A stretch of DNA of 64,000 bases from Hormiphora californensis (GCA_020137815.1 CM035350.1:5828001-5892000), one strand, 5' to 3'. Positions 26,901 to 40,699 are shown, numbered from the stretch's first letter. Program-made: numbers and translations. The notes: a model not told the origin generated them from the sequence alone.

Positions 26901-29900
26901 GGAATACCCTCTTCAGTCGGCTGATCCTTTGAAGCAGGAACGTCTTCAGACACAACAAGTTCAGGTTCAGTCTCAGATTTCTTCTCTACATTTACAGTCA
27001 CATTTTCAACAATGTTCTCAATGTTGATAGTCAGGTTGACAGGTGACCCGTCTGACTTGGTGGCTGACAAAGTGATCTGATTGTCTGTCACAGTTGTCTC
27101 CTTCCTCACCTCCTTCATCAGAAGAACCTTGGCTTCCTTGTCCAGATCAGAGGTCTTTAGGATGGCGATAATTTGCTCCTTCATCTCGGGTGTCAAGGGA
27201 ACGGGAGAACTCGACGGAATGGGCTCTGGAGTCTCTTCAGGAGTCTTCGACTCGGATGTCTTGGTTTTTCTACTCGGCCTCTCCGGTTTCTTTGGAGGTT
27301 CAACAGCGTCCTTATCTTCTACTGGAGATTCAGGAGCACCAGCCTTTTTACGACTAGGCCTCTCGGGTTTAGGCTCCGACTCAGTAGGAGGGAAATCTTT
27401 GACTTTTTCCTTGGTATCTGGCTCCTTTGAATCTGGTCCGGAAACTGGAGCATTCGCTGCAGCAGGAGCCTCAGATATATCGATGCTAGGAACGTCTTGT
27501 TCAGTTGGCTTTTCTTTTGGGAGAGACACATCTTTAGCCATTCTTGGTTCAAGTTTGTCAGGAGCCTCGGCCGCCACGGGAGCTTCAGAGGCCTTTATAC
27601 AGGGAACACTTTCTTCTGTTGGTTGCTCTTTAACAGGAGGACTATCCTCTGTCACAACAGGGGGTTCTTCTGTGTTCTCCGCTTTGCAAGGTTTCTTGGA
27701 ATCAGGTTCACTAACTGGCAGTTCCGCCGCCACGGGAGCTTCTGAAGCTTCCAGACAGGGAATACCCTCATCAGTTGGCGTGTTTTTGACGGGAGGAACT
27801 TCTTCAGAAACTACTGGCTGAGATTCTTTTAGTTGAGGTTCTTTATCCACTGGGACCTCTTCAGAAACAGACATGGGCTGATCTTCAGACGGCTCAGGCT
27901 TAGAAACCGGAGCACTTTCTGTGATTTCTTTCGGTGGAGCTTCGACTGCATCAGGTACTTCTAAGGGAACGGGAGAACTCGACGGAGTTGGCTCTGGAGG
28001 CTGCTTCTGGTCCTCAGAAGTTGGAGCTTCTGCAGCAACCGGGGCTTCGCTCGGTAGAACACATGGTACTCCTTCATCAACTGGTTTTGCTTCAGGAGCA
28101 TCTTCGGCAACAGGCTTCTCAGGCTTTGAATCCGGAGTCTTGGCAGCCACGGGAGCATCAGAGGCCTTTAGGGAAGGAAGATCCGCCTCAGTTGGCTGCT
28201 CTGTCACAGGAGGGACATCTTCTGTAACAATCGGCTCAGATTTCGGCTCAGATTTCTTCTCCACTTTCACAGTCACATTTTCAACAATGTTCCCAATGTT
28301 GATAGTCAGGTTGACAGGTGACCCATCTGACTTGGTGGCTGACAAAGTGATCTGATTGTCTGTCACAGTTGTCCCCTTCCTCACCTCCTTCATCAGAAGA
28401 ACCTTGGCTTCCTTGTCCAGATCAGATGTCTTTAGGATGGCGATAATTTGCTCCTTCATCTCGGGTGTCAAGGGAACGGGAGAACTCGACGGAGTGGGTT
28501 CTGGAGTCTGCTTTTTGTCATCGGAAGTTGGAGCTTCTGCAGCAACCGGGGCTTCGCTCGGTAGAACAAAGGGTACTCCTTCATCAACTGGTTTTACTTC
28601 AGGAGCATCTTCGGTAACAGGCTTCTCAGGCTCCTTTGAGTCTGGTTTTTGAAGAGGGAGGGGAGATCCCGGTTTTAAATCCGGCGTCTCAGCCGCCACA
28701 GGAGCATTAGAGGCCTTTAGGGAAGGAAGATCCGCCTCAGTTGGCTGCTCTGTCACAGGAGGGACATCTTCTGTAACAATCGGTTCAGATTTCGGCTCAG
28801 ATTTCTTTTCCACATTCACGGTCACATTTTCAACAATGTTCTCAATGTTGATAGTCAGGTTGACAGGTGACCCATCTGACTTGGTGGCTGACAAAGTGAT
28901 CTGATTGTCTGTCACAGTTGTCGCCTTCCTCACCTCCTTCATCAGAAGAACCTTGGCTTCCTTGTCCAGATCAGATGTCTTTAGGATGGCGATAATTTGC
29001 TCCTTCATCTCAGGTGTCAAGGGAACCGGAGAACTCGACGGAGTAGGCGCTGTAGTCTGCTTCTTGTCATCAGAAGTTGGAGCTTCTGCAGCAACCGGGG
29101 CTTCGCTCGGTAGAACACATGGTACTACTTCATCAGCTGGTTTTACTTCAGGAGCATCTTCGGCAACAGGCTTCTCAGGCTCCTTTGAGTCCGGTGTCTC
29201 AGCCGCCACAGGAGCTCCAGAAGCCTTTAGGGAAGGAAGATCCGCCTCAATTGGCTGCTCTGTCACAGGAGGGACATCTTCTGTAACAATCGGTTCAGAT
29301 TTCGGCTCAGATTTCTTTTCCACATTCACGGTCACATTTTCAACAATGTTCTCAATGTTGATAGTCAGGTTGACAGGTGACCCATCTGACTTGGTGGCTG
29401 ATAAAGTGATCTGATTGTCTGTCACAGTTATCTCCTTCCTCACCTCCTTCATCAGAAGAACCTTGGCTTCCTTGTCCAGATCAGAGGTCTTTAGGATGGC
29501 GATAATTTGCTCCTTCATTTCGGGTGTCAAGGGAACGGGAGAACTCGACGGAGTGGGCTCTGGAGTCTGCTTCTTGTCATCAGAAGGCTTAGCAACATCG
29601 CTGATGGAATCTGGCTTAGCTTCGGGGGCTGAAACAGGCTTCACAGGATCTGCTACAGGCGACTGTTTCCCAGCTTCAATCGGCTTAGTTTTCTCTGGCG
29701 CTTTCTGAGAAGGTGGTGCTTCAGAAGCCTTGACACAGGGGACGCCTTCTTCATTTGGCTGCTCTTTGACAGGAGGAACATCTTCAGTTACGACAGGGGG
29801 TTCTTCTGTGTCGCCAGATTGAGAGGGTTCATCAGATTTCTTAGAATCGGGTTCAATAACTGGCAGTTCCGCCGCCACGGGAGCTTCTGAAGCTTCCAGA

Positions 29901-32900
29901 AGAGGGATATTATCCTCTGTTGGCTGGTCCTTTGTTGGAGGAACGTTCTCAGTCACAATCGGCTGAGGTTTGGATTCCGAATCTTTTTCGCCTGTTACTG
30001 TCACATTCTGAACTAGGTTCTTAACATCAACAGTCAGGTTGACAGGTGACCCATCCGATTTTGTAGCTGACAAAACCACCTGGTAGTCTGAAATTTCTGT
30101 CTCCTTCCTCACCTCCTTCATTAGAAGAACCTTGGCTTCCTTGTCCAGAGGTGAGGTTTTAATGATGGCGATAATTTGCTCCTTCATCTCGGGTGTCAAG
30201 GGAACCGGAGAACTCGACGGAGTGGGCTCTGGCGTCTGCTTCTTGTCATCAGAAGTTGGAGCTTCAGCAGCAACCGGGGCTTCGCTCGGTAGAACGAAGG
30301 GTACTCCTTCATCAACTGGTTTTACTTCAGGAGCGTCTTCGGAAACAGGTTTCTCGGGCTTTGAGTCCGGAGTCTTGGCCGCCACGGGAGCTTCAGAAGC
30401 CTTTAGAGAAGGAAGATCCACCTCAGTTGGCTGCTCTGTCACGGGAGGGACATCTTCTGCAACAATCGGTTCAGATTTCTTTTCCACATTCACGGTCACA
30501 TTTTCAACAATGTTCTCAATGTTGATAGTCAGGTTGACAGGTGACCCATCTGACTTGGTGGCTGACAAAGTGATCTGATTGTCTGTCACAGTTGTCTCCT
30601 TCCTCACCTCCTTCATCAGAAGAACCTTGGCTTCCTTGTCCAGATCAGATGTCTTTAGGATGGCGATAATTTGCTCCTTCATCTCGGGTGTCAAGGGAAC
30701 GGGAGAACTCGACGGAGTGGGCTCTGGAGTCTGCTTCTTGTCATCAGAAGTTGGAGCTTCTGCAGCAACCGGAGCTTCGCTCGGTAGAACGAAGTGTACT
30801 CCTTCATCAACTGGTTTTACTTCAGGAGCATCAACAACAAGAACTGGATTCTTAGGTTTACCAGAAACTGTCCACATCTTGTTCTACCACGGTTTTTGGT
30901 TTCTTCCCCTCCGGTAGACCCACTGAAACCTCAGCAGAAAGCTGTCTTCTTGTCAGAACTATCACAGTTGATGGTTAGGTTTACAGGACTGCCATCCTTC
31001 TTGGTGGTTTCCAAGGTAACAGAGTCCTCAGTCAGGTCAGTTAGAGTACCAATCTGGATAGCGAGAAGGTCCTTGGTTTCCTTGTCCAAGTTATCCATGT
31101 TCTGAACCAGTTCAACCAACCGAATTTTCGTCTCCTCAGTAGCATCTGGTTTTTCAGGCTCTTTTGAGTCTGGTTTGTGAACAGGAATGGAAGATTTCGG
31201 CTTAGAATCTGGCGTCTCAGCCGCCACAGGAGCTTCAGAGGCCTTTAGGGAAGGAAGATCTACCTCTGTTGGCTGCTCTTTCACAGAAGGAACATCTTCG
31301 ATAACAATCGGCTCAGATTTCGGCTCAGATTTTTTCTCCACATTCACGGTCACGTTTTCAACAATGTTCTCAATGTTGATAGTCAGGTTGACAGGTGACC
31401 CATCTGACTTGGTGGCTGACAAAGTGATCTGATTGTCTGTCACAGTTGTCTCCTTCCTCACCTCCTTCATCAGAAGAACCTTGGCTTCCTTGTCCAGAGG
31501 TGAGGTTTTAATGATGGCGATAATTTGATCCTTCATCTCGGGTGTCAAGGGAACGGGAGAACTCGACGGAGTGGGCTCTGGAGTCTGCTTCTTGTCATCA
31601 GAAGTTGGAGCTTCTGCAGCAACCGGGGCTTCGCTCGGTAGAACAAAGGGTACTCCTTCATCAACTGGTTTTACTTCAGGAGCATCAACAACAAGAACTG
31701 GATTCTTAGGTTTACCAGAAACTGTCACATCTTGTTCCACCACGGTTTTTGGTTTCTTCCCCTCCGGTTGACCAACTGAAACCTCAGCAGAAAGCTGTCT
31801 TTTGTCAGAACTATCACAGTTGATGGTTAGGTTTACAGGACTGCCATCCTTCTTGGTGGTTTCCAAGGTAACAGAGTCCTCGGTCAGGTCAGTTAGAGTT
31901 CCAATCTGGATAGCGAGAAGGTCCTTGGTTTCCTTGTCCAAGTTATCCATGTTCTGAACCAGTTCAACCAACCGAATTTTCGTCTCCTCAGTAGGAGGTT
32001 TCTGAGGCTCTTTTGAGTCTGGTATGTGAACAGGATCAGGCTTCTCAGGCTTTGAATCCGGAGTCTCACCCGCCACGGGAGCTTCAGAAGCCTTTAGAGA
32101 AGGAAGATCCACCTCAGTTGGCTGTTCTGTCACGGGAATGACATCTTCTGTAACTGTAAACTGTGGTTGTTTCGGCTCTATTTTCACGGTCACATTTTCA
32201 ACAATGTTCCCAATGTTGATAGTCAAGTTAACAGGTGACCCATCTGACTTGGTGGCCGACAAAGTGATCTGATTGTCTGTCACAGTTGTCTCCTTCCTCA
32301 CCTCCTTCATCAGAAGAACCTTGGCTTCCCTGTCCAGAGGTGAGGTTTTAATGATGGCGATAATTTGCTCCTTCATCTCAGGTGTCAAGGGAACGGGAGA
32401 ACTCGACTGAGTGGGCTCTGGAGTCTGCTTCTTGTCATCAGAAGTTGGAGCTTCTGCAGCAACCGGGGCTTCGCTCGGTAGAACGAAGTGTACTCCTTCA
32501 TCAACTGGTTTTGCTTCAGGAGCATCAACAACAAGAACCGGCTTCTTAGGTTTACCAGAAACTGCCACATCTTGTTCCACCACGGTTTTTGGTTTCTTCC
32601 CCTCCGGTTGACCAACTGAAACCTCAGCAGAAAGCTGTCTTTTGTCAGAACTATCACAGTTGATGGTTAGGTTTACAGGACTGCCATCCTTCTTGGTGGT
32701 TTCCAAGGTAACAGAGTCCTCGGTCAGGTCAGTTAGAGTTCCAATCTGGATAGCGAGAAGGTCCTTGGTTTCCTTGTCCAAGTTATCCATGTTCTGAACC
32801 AGTTCAACCAACCGAATTTTCGTCTCCTCAGTAGGAGGTTTCTGAGGCTCTTTTGAGTCTGGTATGTGAACAGGATCAGGCTTCTCAGGCTTTGAATCCG

Positions 32901-35900
32901 GAGTCTCACCCGCCACGGGAGCTTCAGAAGCCTTTAGAGAAGGAAGATCCACCTCAGTTGGCTGTTCTGTCACGGGAATGACATCTTCTGTAACTGTAAA
33001 CTGTGGTTGTTTCGGCTCTATTTTCACGGTCACATTTTCAACAATGTTCCCAATGTTGATAGTCAAGTTAACAGGTGACCCATCTGACTTGGTGGCCGAC
33101 AAAGTGATCTGATTGTCTGTCACAGTTGTCTCCTTCCTCACCTCCTTCATCAGAAGAACCTTGGCTTCCCTGTCCAGAGGTGAGGTTTTAATGATGGTGA
33201 TAATTTGCTCCTTCATCTCAGGTGTCAAGGGAACGGGAGAACTCGACTGAGTGGGCTCTGGAGTCTGCTTCTTGTCATCAGAAGTTGGAGCTTCTGCAGC
33301 AACCGGGGCTTCGCTCGGTAGAACGAAGTGTACTCCTTCATCAACTGGTTTTGCTTCAGGAGCATCAACAACAAGAACCGGCTTCTTAGGTTTACCAGAA
33401 ACTGCCACATCTTGTTCTACCACGGTTTTTGGTTTCTTCCCCTCCGGTTGACCAACTGAAACCTCAGCAGAAACCTGTCTTTTGTCAGAACTATCACAGT
33501 TGATGGTTAGGTTTACAGGACTACCATCCTTCTTGGTGGTTTCCAAGGTAACAGAGTCCTCGGTCAGGTCAGTTAGAGTACCAATCTGGATAGCGAGAAG
33601 GTCCTTGGTTTCCTTGTCCAAGTTATCCATGTTCTGAACCAGTTCAACCAACCGAATTTTCGTCTCCTCAGTAGCATCTGGTTTCTTCGAACTTGTCTTA
33701 CAATCAGGAGCATCGGCCGCCACAGGAGCCTCAGAGGCTACAACGGAGGGAACTTCTCCTTCAGTCATCTTCACAACCGGGGCAGGGGCTTCAAACACTC
33801 CCAATTTTCTCTCCCTGCGGTTTGGTGCAACATCAACACTTTGATCTACAACCTTCTTTTTCTTAGGCTGATCAGGGTTGACAGAAACATCAGCAGTCAT
33901 CGAGAGCTTCTCTTTACCCGGAACATCCACAGTCACATGGGTATTGAGGAACTGACAATTGATATTCATTTTCACAGGTGTACCATCAGCCTTCTCTGTT
34001 TCCAATGTCACCGTATCTCCGGTCATGTGAGTCAGGGAGGCGATCTGACAAGTTAGGAGATCTTTTGTTTCCTTATCCATCTTATCATTATTGTTGATGA
34101 CACCCACCAGCTGCTCCTTCATCTCTGGGGTGAGGACCCTCTGTTCTCCGTCAACTGACATTTCGGGAGACAGTGCAAGTTCCGGGAAGGGGCTGGCGGT
34201 GCTGCTAAATGAAGACCTACTAAATGAACCTCTACTGCTGCTCCCAGTGAGAGAGCTGTTTGTTATCTCAACCCTGTATTCCCGGGGTCTCTCCCCAACC
34301 GTAAACACGACATCACCATCTTCCATTACGTAGGCTCTGTCCAGTAGAGATTGAATGACCTGAACCTGTTCCATCTTGATAAGTTCAGAGGAAGAGAGAT
34401 TGTTGATCACCTTCACCTTTAACTCATCTTCAGGAATGATTGGAACGCGGGAATCTTCCTTGGGGAGACCGAAAGAGAACTTGATGGGGATGTTCTGGAA
34501 CGAAACTTCAATCTTGACCGAGTCACGCTGTTTAATATAATCGCCCGAATAAAACTTCTCTATCAATAATTTCTTCTTTTCTGCGGTGAATTTGGATTGT
34601 CCAATGGCTTCAGTTCCCACGATCATCACCTTAATTGGCACGAACTTGCTCTTAGCACGACAATCCTTGTAGTTGACCTTCACATCGGTGATTCTGTAAT
34701 CAAGCCCGTACTTGATGTCTAGTACCACGTTGTTTCCCATTACAGTGATGGTATTGTTCTCTAACTTGAAGTTGTTGTCCACCAGCTTGCTAATCAGGGT
34801 TATCTTGGCAGTGTCGTCCAGGGCCAACATGGTGACTACCTTGATAATGGAGTGCTTCAGTCGGAGCATGGAGGGGGTCAGGGGACTTTGATCATACACA
34901 TCCTCTTCGTGGATTGTCATGGCCTCAATGGACGCTTGGAATGCCTTGTCCTGAGGTTTGGACTTGTCATCCAGGATCTTTACATTGAAACTATCCGATG
35001 AGGTGATGGAACCCCTGCTGTCCCTTCGCAGTCCTTCGAGGATAATCTTGCTCCCCTCACGGCGGAACCGGCCGTTCTTGACAGCCCTCACTGCCTGTTT
35101 CCGGTACTCCTGGTTGATGGTTCCCTTCTGGATCTCCGCAATAACGAAATCCTTCACCTGTTCTTCACACATGTCCTCGGGGACGTAGAAGTACGGTGTT
35201 GCAATCTTATCCGATCCAGCAGCATCCAATGCGGATGTATCTACATCGAAATTTAACTCCTCTCTGGTGTCTCCCTCTTTGACAAGGACGGACAGTCGAC
35301 GTCCCTCTAAACGGTAGTTATTGTTGTAGATGGAGGACAGGATAGAGTTTCTTCGGCCGGCGTTCATTTTCTTGTTAGCTGTGAAGCCATCGATCATTTC
35401 GATGAGACTGGCAGTACCAATGTTCGTCTCTCTCTGTATTATTTGTGGGTAAAGTACCCCGGGGAGGTTGAGAGTGATGTTTTGGGTTGTTTTTCCAGAT
35501 TTCATGGTGATGGTGACCTTGTGTAGACCCACATCACAGTTGTCTTCCTGAATAGCCTGGTGAAGACGATCTTTCACGGAGTCAGGGAACTTCAGCCGTC
35601 CTATTGCCTGCTGGATAAACTGTTTCGTGGAGTTGTGGAGCACTTTTGGGTTTTCAGGATCCTTGCCGGGTAGTGTAAACTTCGCCTGGAGATCTGGGCC
35701 AGCATAAATCACCAGGTTGAGGTCTTTACAAGTGAAACTCTCGTGCTCAATTGCCTCGATCAACAAATCTTTCTGAACTTCAGAAATTTTAGTATGACTT
35801 TTCACAAACTCCTTCACACGGTCGATCCTCGCTCGAAGTGAAGCTAAGTCTTTCACAGCACCCTTGAACCCGCTCTTTTTGAGGGCAGCAAACTTGGAAC

Positions 35901-36567
35901 CAGCTCCTAGCTTACCGCCGAATTTCCTATTTTTGGGCGGGCTACTCGGGGGCGTTTTTTGTTTCCCAAACTTCCGTCCTCCAGGAGGACTAGATTTGGG
36001 ACTTTTTCTTACTGGAATACCGGTCGATGATCCACGACCAGATTTCGGTGATCCAGCGGGGGATGTTTTTGGGGAGGGAATCTTCCGGACATGTCCTTTC
36101 GGACTAACAACTTTTGGGACAACAGTGACAGTAGTCCGGGTGGAAGTTCTCACCGTCGCCTCTGCAACAATTGTTTTTGGATATCTTGGTGCTGATCTTC
36201 TCACCTCAATTGGGGAGACTTGTTTCGGTTCGGGCGCTGCTTTTGGAGAAGAAGGAGTTTTCTTTGGGTTGACGGGAGATGGGGTGGATACCGGGCTGAA
36301 CCTATTACTGGTACCGAATGTTGAATGTCCGAATTTAGAGAACCTGTCAGTAGAGGCGGTGCTGCTTGAAGACGGGGAGGATTCGGGAGAGAACTTGTTA
36401 GCGAGAGAGCCGATCCGGGAAGGTTGTTTCTCCCAGGGCTTCCTGACAGGCTTCTCTTCGGTATCTGCTTTTTTCTGCCACGAATCAACTAGCCTATTTT
36501 TGGGGGCACCTACGCTACCCTTGCCTGCAAGCGTAACTCCGCGCCTAGGATTATTATTATCAGACAT
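20955..36567 (-). CDS. Giant (~15.6 kb) intronless exon encoding ~5200 aa of repeat modules and PEVK-like linkers; probable N-terminal extension of the CH-domain gene
   Basis: ORFs 30931..36651, 25043..30877, 24537..25040, 22775..24571 and 20851..22794 continue the same protein repeats. Breaks are 1-bp insertions relative to sister repeat copies. Starts cataaag|ATG TCT GAT (36567) and ends GAG GAT G|gtgagt (20955, phase 1). Confidence 0.85.
22170..24570 (-). repeat. 489-bp coding tandem repeat (~5 near-identical copies, 163 aa)
   Basis: Equivalent positions at 22899, 23388, 23877, 24366 (period 489). Confidence 0.93.
25230..26150 (-). repeat. 42-bp coding minisatellite (~22 x VVTEDAPVAKEEPP), PEVK-like
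   Basis: 14-aa repeat visible in ORF 25043..30877. Confidence 0.95.
31400..33670 (-). repeat. 840-bp coding tandem repeat (~2.7 near-identical copies, 280 aa)
   Basis: Equivalent positions at 31571, 32411, 33251 (period 840). Confidence 0.93.
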
Positions 36568-38325
36568 CTTTATGAAGGAGATACTATCGTTGATACTATC
36601 GTTGTCATGGTAACTATAATGGGGAAATACACGATACAAGGCAAGAAACAATGTTCAACTTGACAACATGTGCACACTAGCACATTACAGTAGTTTCTTG
36701 AGAAGGAAAATGCAGTTAAGGGAGGGTGTGGAAACACCCCAATTGTATAATGCAAGCTGCCAGTAGCTGATAGCTCCTAGTTCCTAGTGTGGTAGCGGCT
36801 ACTGCATGTGTGTGTGACGGATAGTGGTACGTGCAACTATTGTCAGGAGTAGCGTGTTTTCAAGAGGTAGAGGAACACTCTGTCTGCCCTTGTCCGGCTT
36901 CGCCTAGCCAGTAGCCTGGAATATTGTATGCTAATATACCGTCAGACCGGGCCAGTACCATACTGTAATGCATTACTATATAGCGTTTAGCCCCTATAAC
37001 ATTGGAATTTGAACTATCTCTTCTGTACATTTGTCGTTTGGACGTCTGCTGAGTTTTTCACCATTTTTTCTTCCTCTAACTACTCAATTGCTCTTTGTTT
37101 CGTTAAATGTTAATCAGTGGCTGCACTGATGATTAGGCTCGGTACAATCGGAAACACTCTCTTCCCGTCTCTCTGTAAATGCCCATCTTTCATTCTACTC
37201 TCTCTCTCTCTCTCTGTCATCCTTTCTATTTGCACTCTCTTTTTCCATCTCTTCCTCAACTTCTACTCTAAAAATGGCCGGCAGTGGTTTATCGTATGGA
37301 GGTGATCGTATCAGTCTAATTGGATCTGATAGAGCCAAGTGTGTGCAGAGAGGAGGGTGTGTTTCCTGATTTCATCCTGAACATGTCAACTGTGTGTGAG
37401 GACTGTGCGAGATAGAGAATGTAAGGACTGTTGAAATAATATATTCTTAGGTCTTAGGACATGATGAAGTGTGAAGATCATTTAATATCTCTGTGTATAG
37501 TGACGTAGTAGGTGACACGTGATATTAGAGCACGTCAACAATCAAATGGTATTGACAGGATCACAGACGAAAATGGCAGACAACTGCAGTGGCAGACAAC
37601 TGTAGGAGAAGAACCGTGGAAGGCCGTGATCACAGAAAAAAGTAAGGATACACACACACAGCTTATAAAGGTCGAGCTGAGAGCTTTGTCAACGCACACA
37701 CACTCTAACTAGAACACACGGAAAGAGAGTTTTCTAGAGCTCTGTGCTGGTCAGGCTCCTCTTGATGACAGGTAAGCTCACATTCCCAGTACAAGCACGG
37801 CCTGTGATTGGTGCACCTCGGATCACGTGATGGAATCCATGCATTCTCATTGGAGGGGAATTGTAAAACTCCCCCCGGCTGTATAGTTGAAATCATATGT
37901 GATGGGTACGGGAGGAGGGTATCTCTCTCTCTCTCTCTTGGGCAACTCCCACTAGACACGACAAGCACTGAATAATAAATGAGTACTACTACTAACCAGG
38001 CATTTATTAAGAGAGAGAACTTTTTCAAACTGACGTTGCAGTCACTTGCACTAGTATTAGCCACGACCCGCTTTTCTCTTTTGAGAGTTTCTATCTCTCT
38101 TACTATCTATCTCTCACTCTCTAGCTCTAGCTCTCTAGCTTTCTTTCTATCACTCTCTCACCCTCGCATCTCCCTCTTGCTATGAAACAGCGCTGTAAAA
38201 ATATTCACTGTCTGAATTAGACCGACAACTATTCGACCTGTTGTGTTGACCAAAACACACTACTCTAGCTTCATACACTATGTAAGAAATACAACATGAA
38301 TATATTAGGGTACGTCAGAGAAGTG

Positions 38326-38380
<55 letters not shown>

Positions 38381-39756
38381 TTGTTGGTGAAACAAGTTAT
38401 CAGGCGTTACCAGTAACGTATGAAGGTGGTAATGAAGTTAATAATATATATGTCATAATGTAGGGAAAATCAAAAACAATATAGGGATTCTTTAGAACCT
38501 GTGTGTGCGTAACAGAAACTCCTGAACCTACCGTGAACCTGTCCTGAACCTATCTTGAACCTAAACCTTTTACCGAGCCAATAACATCGTTATTAAAGTT
38601 AGGGTTACAGCGAAGCCCGACCCTGGACCTAGATGCTTCCCCCCTTTACCCACACACACACAGGCGGATACGACATCCAATTAAAACCCAGTATATTTAG
38701 GGGACTCCCTCTATATTTAATTGTGTATAAGGGACCGCGGTGTAAAACCAAACACACAAATACGGTGTTGAATAGACAGGGCAGAATTGAAATATTGAGT
38801 ACTTACAACCAAGTTGACGAATTTTGTCATCCCCGGTCTGAGAGGCATCATATCGTTGTTCGTCTACCATTTTAGTGGTGTTAACTGGGCAGCCGTGGTA
38901 TGAGCTGTTATCCCCTCACTTCATTGTGCTTACATTTGTACTAGAGTAGGCAGTCAATTGTTAAAAGGAGGGGGTTGGTGTGGGTGGTTGGGTGGTTAGT
39001 TAAACTGGAGATTGAAAGTGTGGAAACAGGGCTGAATTATTTGGGTTTGAATTAGTCTGTCACGTTATAAAGCCGTGAAAATAACAAAGTCTAGGTAAGA
39101 AGTTAGAGTAAAGAACAAAAATATATATCTGGAAAAAGGAGATGGCGGGGAAACAAAGGTTTAGTTTAAAATAGAGAAATGTGGCCTAGACCAGGAAATT
39201 ATGGTAATGGTTGGCAATTCGAGCCCTACTCTTTACTAGAAACGTACTCCAAACGTCAGTCTCTTCCTGGTTATTTTCTCTTTTTACTTCTCTCTCTTCT
39301 CTTTTTCTCTCCCTCTATCATCTCCTTGTCTTCCTTATTGTTCACTCTACCAACTGTACAACTCTGCATGTGGCAGGAAATTTCCGATGCACAATAAGAC
39401 AATTCAGCATATAATTAAAACAACATGAAAAAAGAATGGAAGATCGAATGGATAAAGCAAATGGTCAGTAATGTAGAGACAATAGAGCTAGTAATAAGGT
39501 TGGAAACACTGCTAATTGCTGCAAAACTGCAGTGAAATAACTAACCGCGAAAAGTTCAATTAATCGTCTTGTGGCCATTCTTGAAAACATGGAAAGAAAA
39601 ACATTTAATAATTTTAGGATTGAGAGGGTAGAAACATCCTTAATAACCTCTCCCTCTGTCAAGTAAACATCCACAGAACTGGACCGTGAGGCCGCTCCTG
39701 TCACCAACTCTACACTGTGAGACTTGGCACTGACTTCTCACACACGCACAAAGCGG

Positions 39757-39965
<209 letters not shown>

Positions 39966-40699
39966 TTAATGTGTGGTGTTCCATACCACCGTACCGCATA
40001 ATCATTCATTATGATTTTAGAAACATGCTGTTTGTCAAACACACCCACAGACGCACAGAGCTTCCTGGATTACATGCCTATTGGCACACTGCACTAATCA
40101 TTGCTCTGCAAATCCATCCGAAGATTTAATCCGCTCTTTCACGAATACAGCTGCTTTACTACAGCACGTAATTAGTTGTACTTAGTCGACCAGTTAACAT
40201 TTCGATGTCTTTAAAGTTCAAATCATTTACATCATTTCATAATGCATTAAGGATGGACTACAAATATATCTACTGACTAAATTAGTCAGACTAATCTGCT
40301 ATTGTTTATCAATTCAATTCAATCATAAGATTTATAGATTGTTGAAGAATATGCCATATTACAATGTAACATGTTATAGTAGTCATAGTAGTCCCTTCTA
40401 CTACCGCACAGCTGCTACTCGATAGCATTGCTCCCGGACGACTCAGCGATCCAAACCAAACCAAACCAAACAATCTAAAGTATATTAACTGGGGCAGAAA
40501 ATTGGTTCACTTTTAGCAAACTTTCGAGCTGCTGATTTGCTCAATGTTATGAATGTTAATGAATGAATCTGACATAGAGGGAAGTAATTTTGATATCTCC
40601 TTCTGGTGATCAACACACACACACGCCCTCTGTACAACAGTTTAATGGGGAATCCCACACATACACGGGCAGAACTCGGTTAAGGAGAGATTAATTAGT

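Noticed and set aside
21065-36613. Many plus-strand ORFs (e.g. 25214..26278, 35864..36613)
   Set aside because: Antisense shadows of the repetitive giant minus-strand exon.
37127-37160. CTGATGA...GAAAC as a second hammerhead
   Set aside because: No convincing stem II or stem I pairing.
39546-39578. Possible upstream phase-0 first exon MATRRLIELFA|gttagt for the giant exon
   Set aside because: Frame-compatible but too short to distinguish from chance without RNA data.
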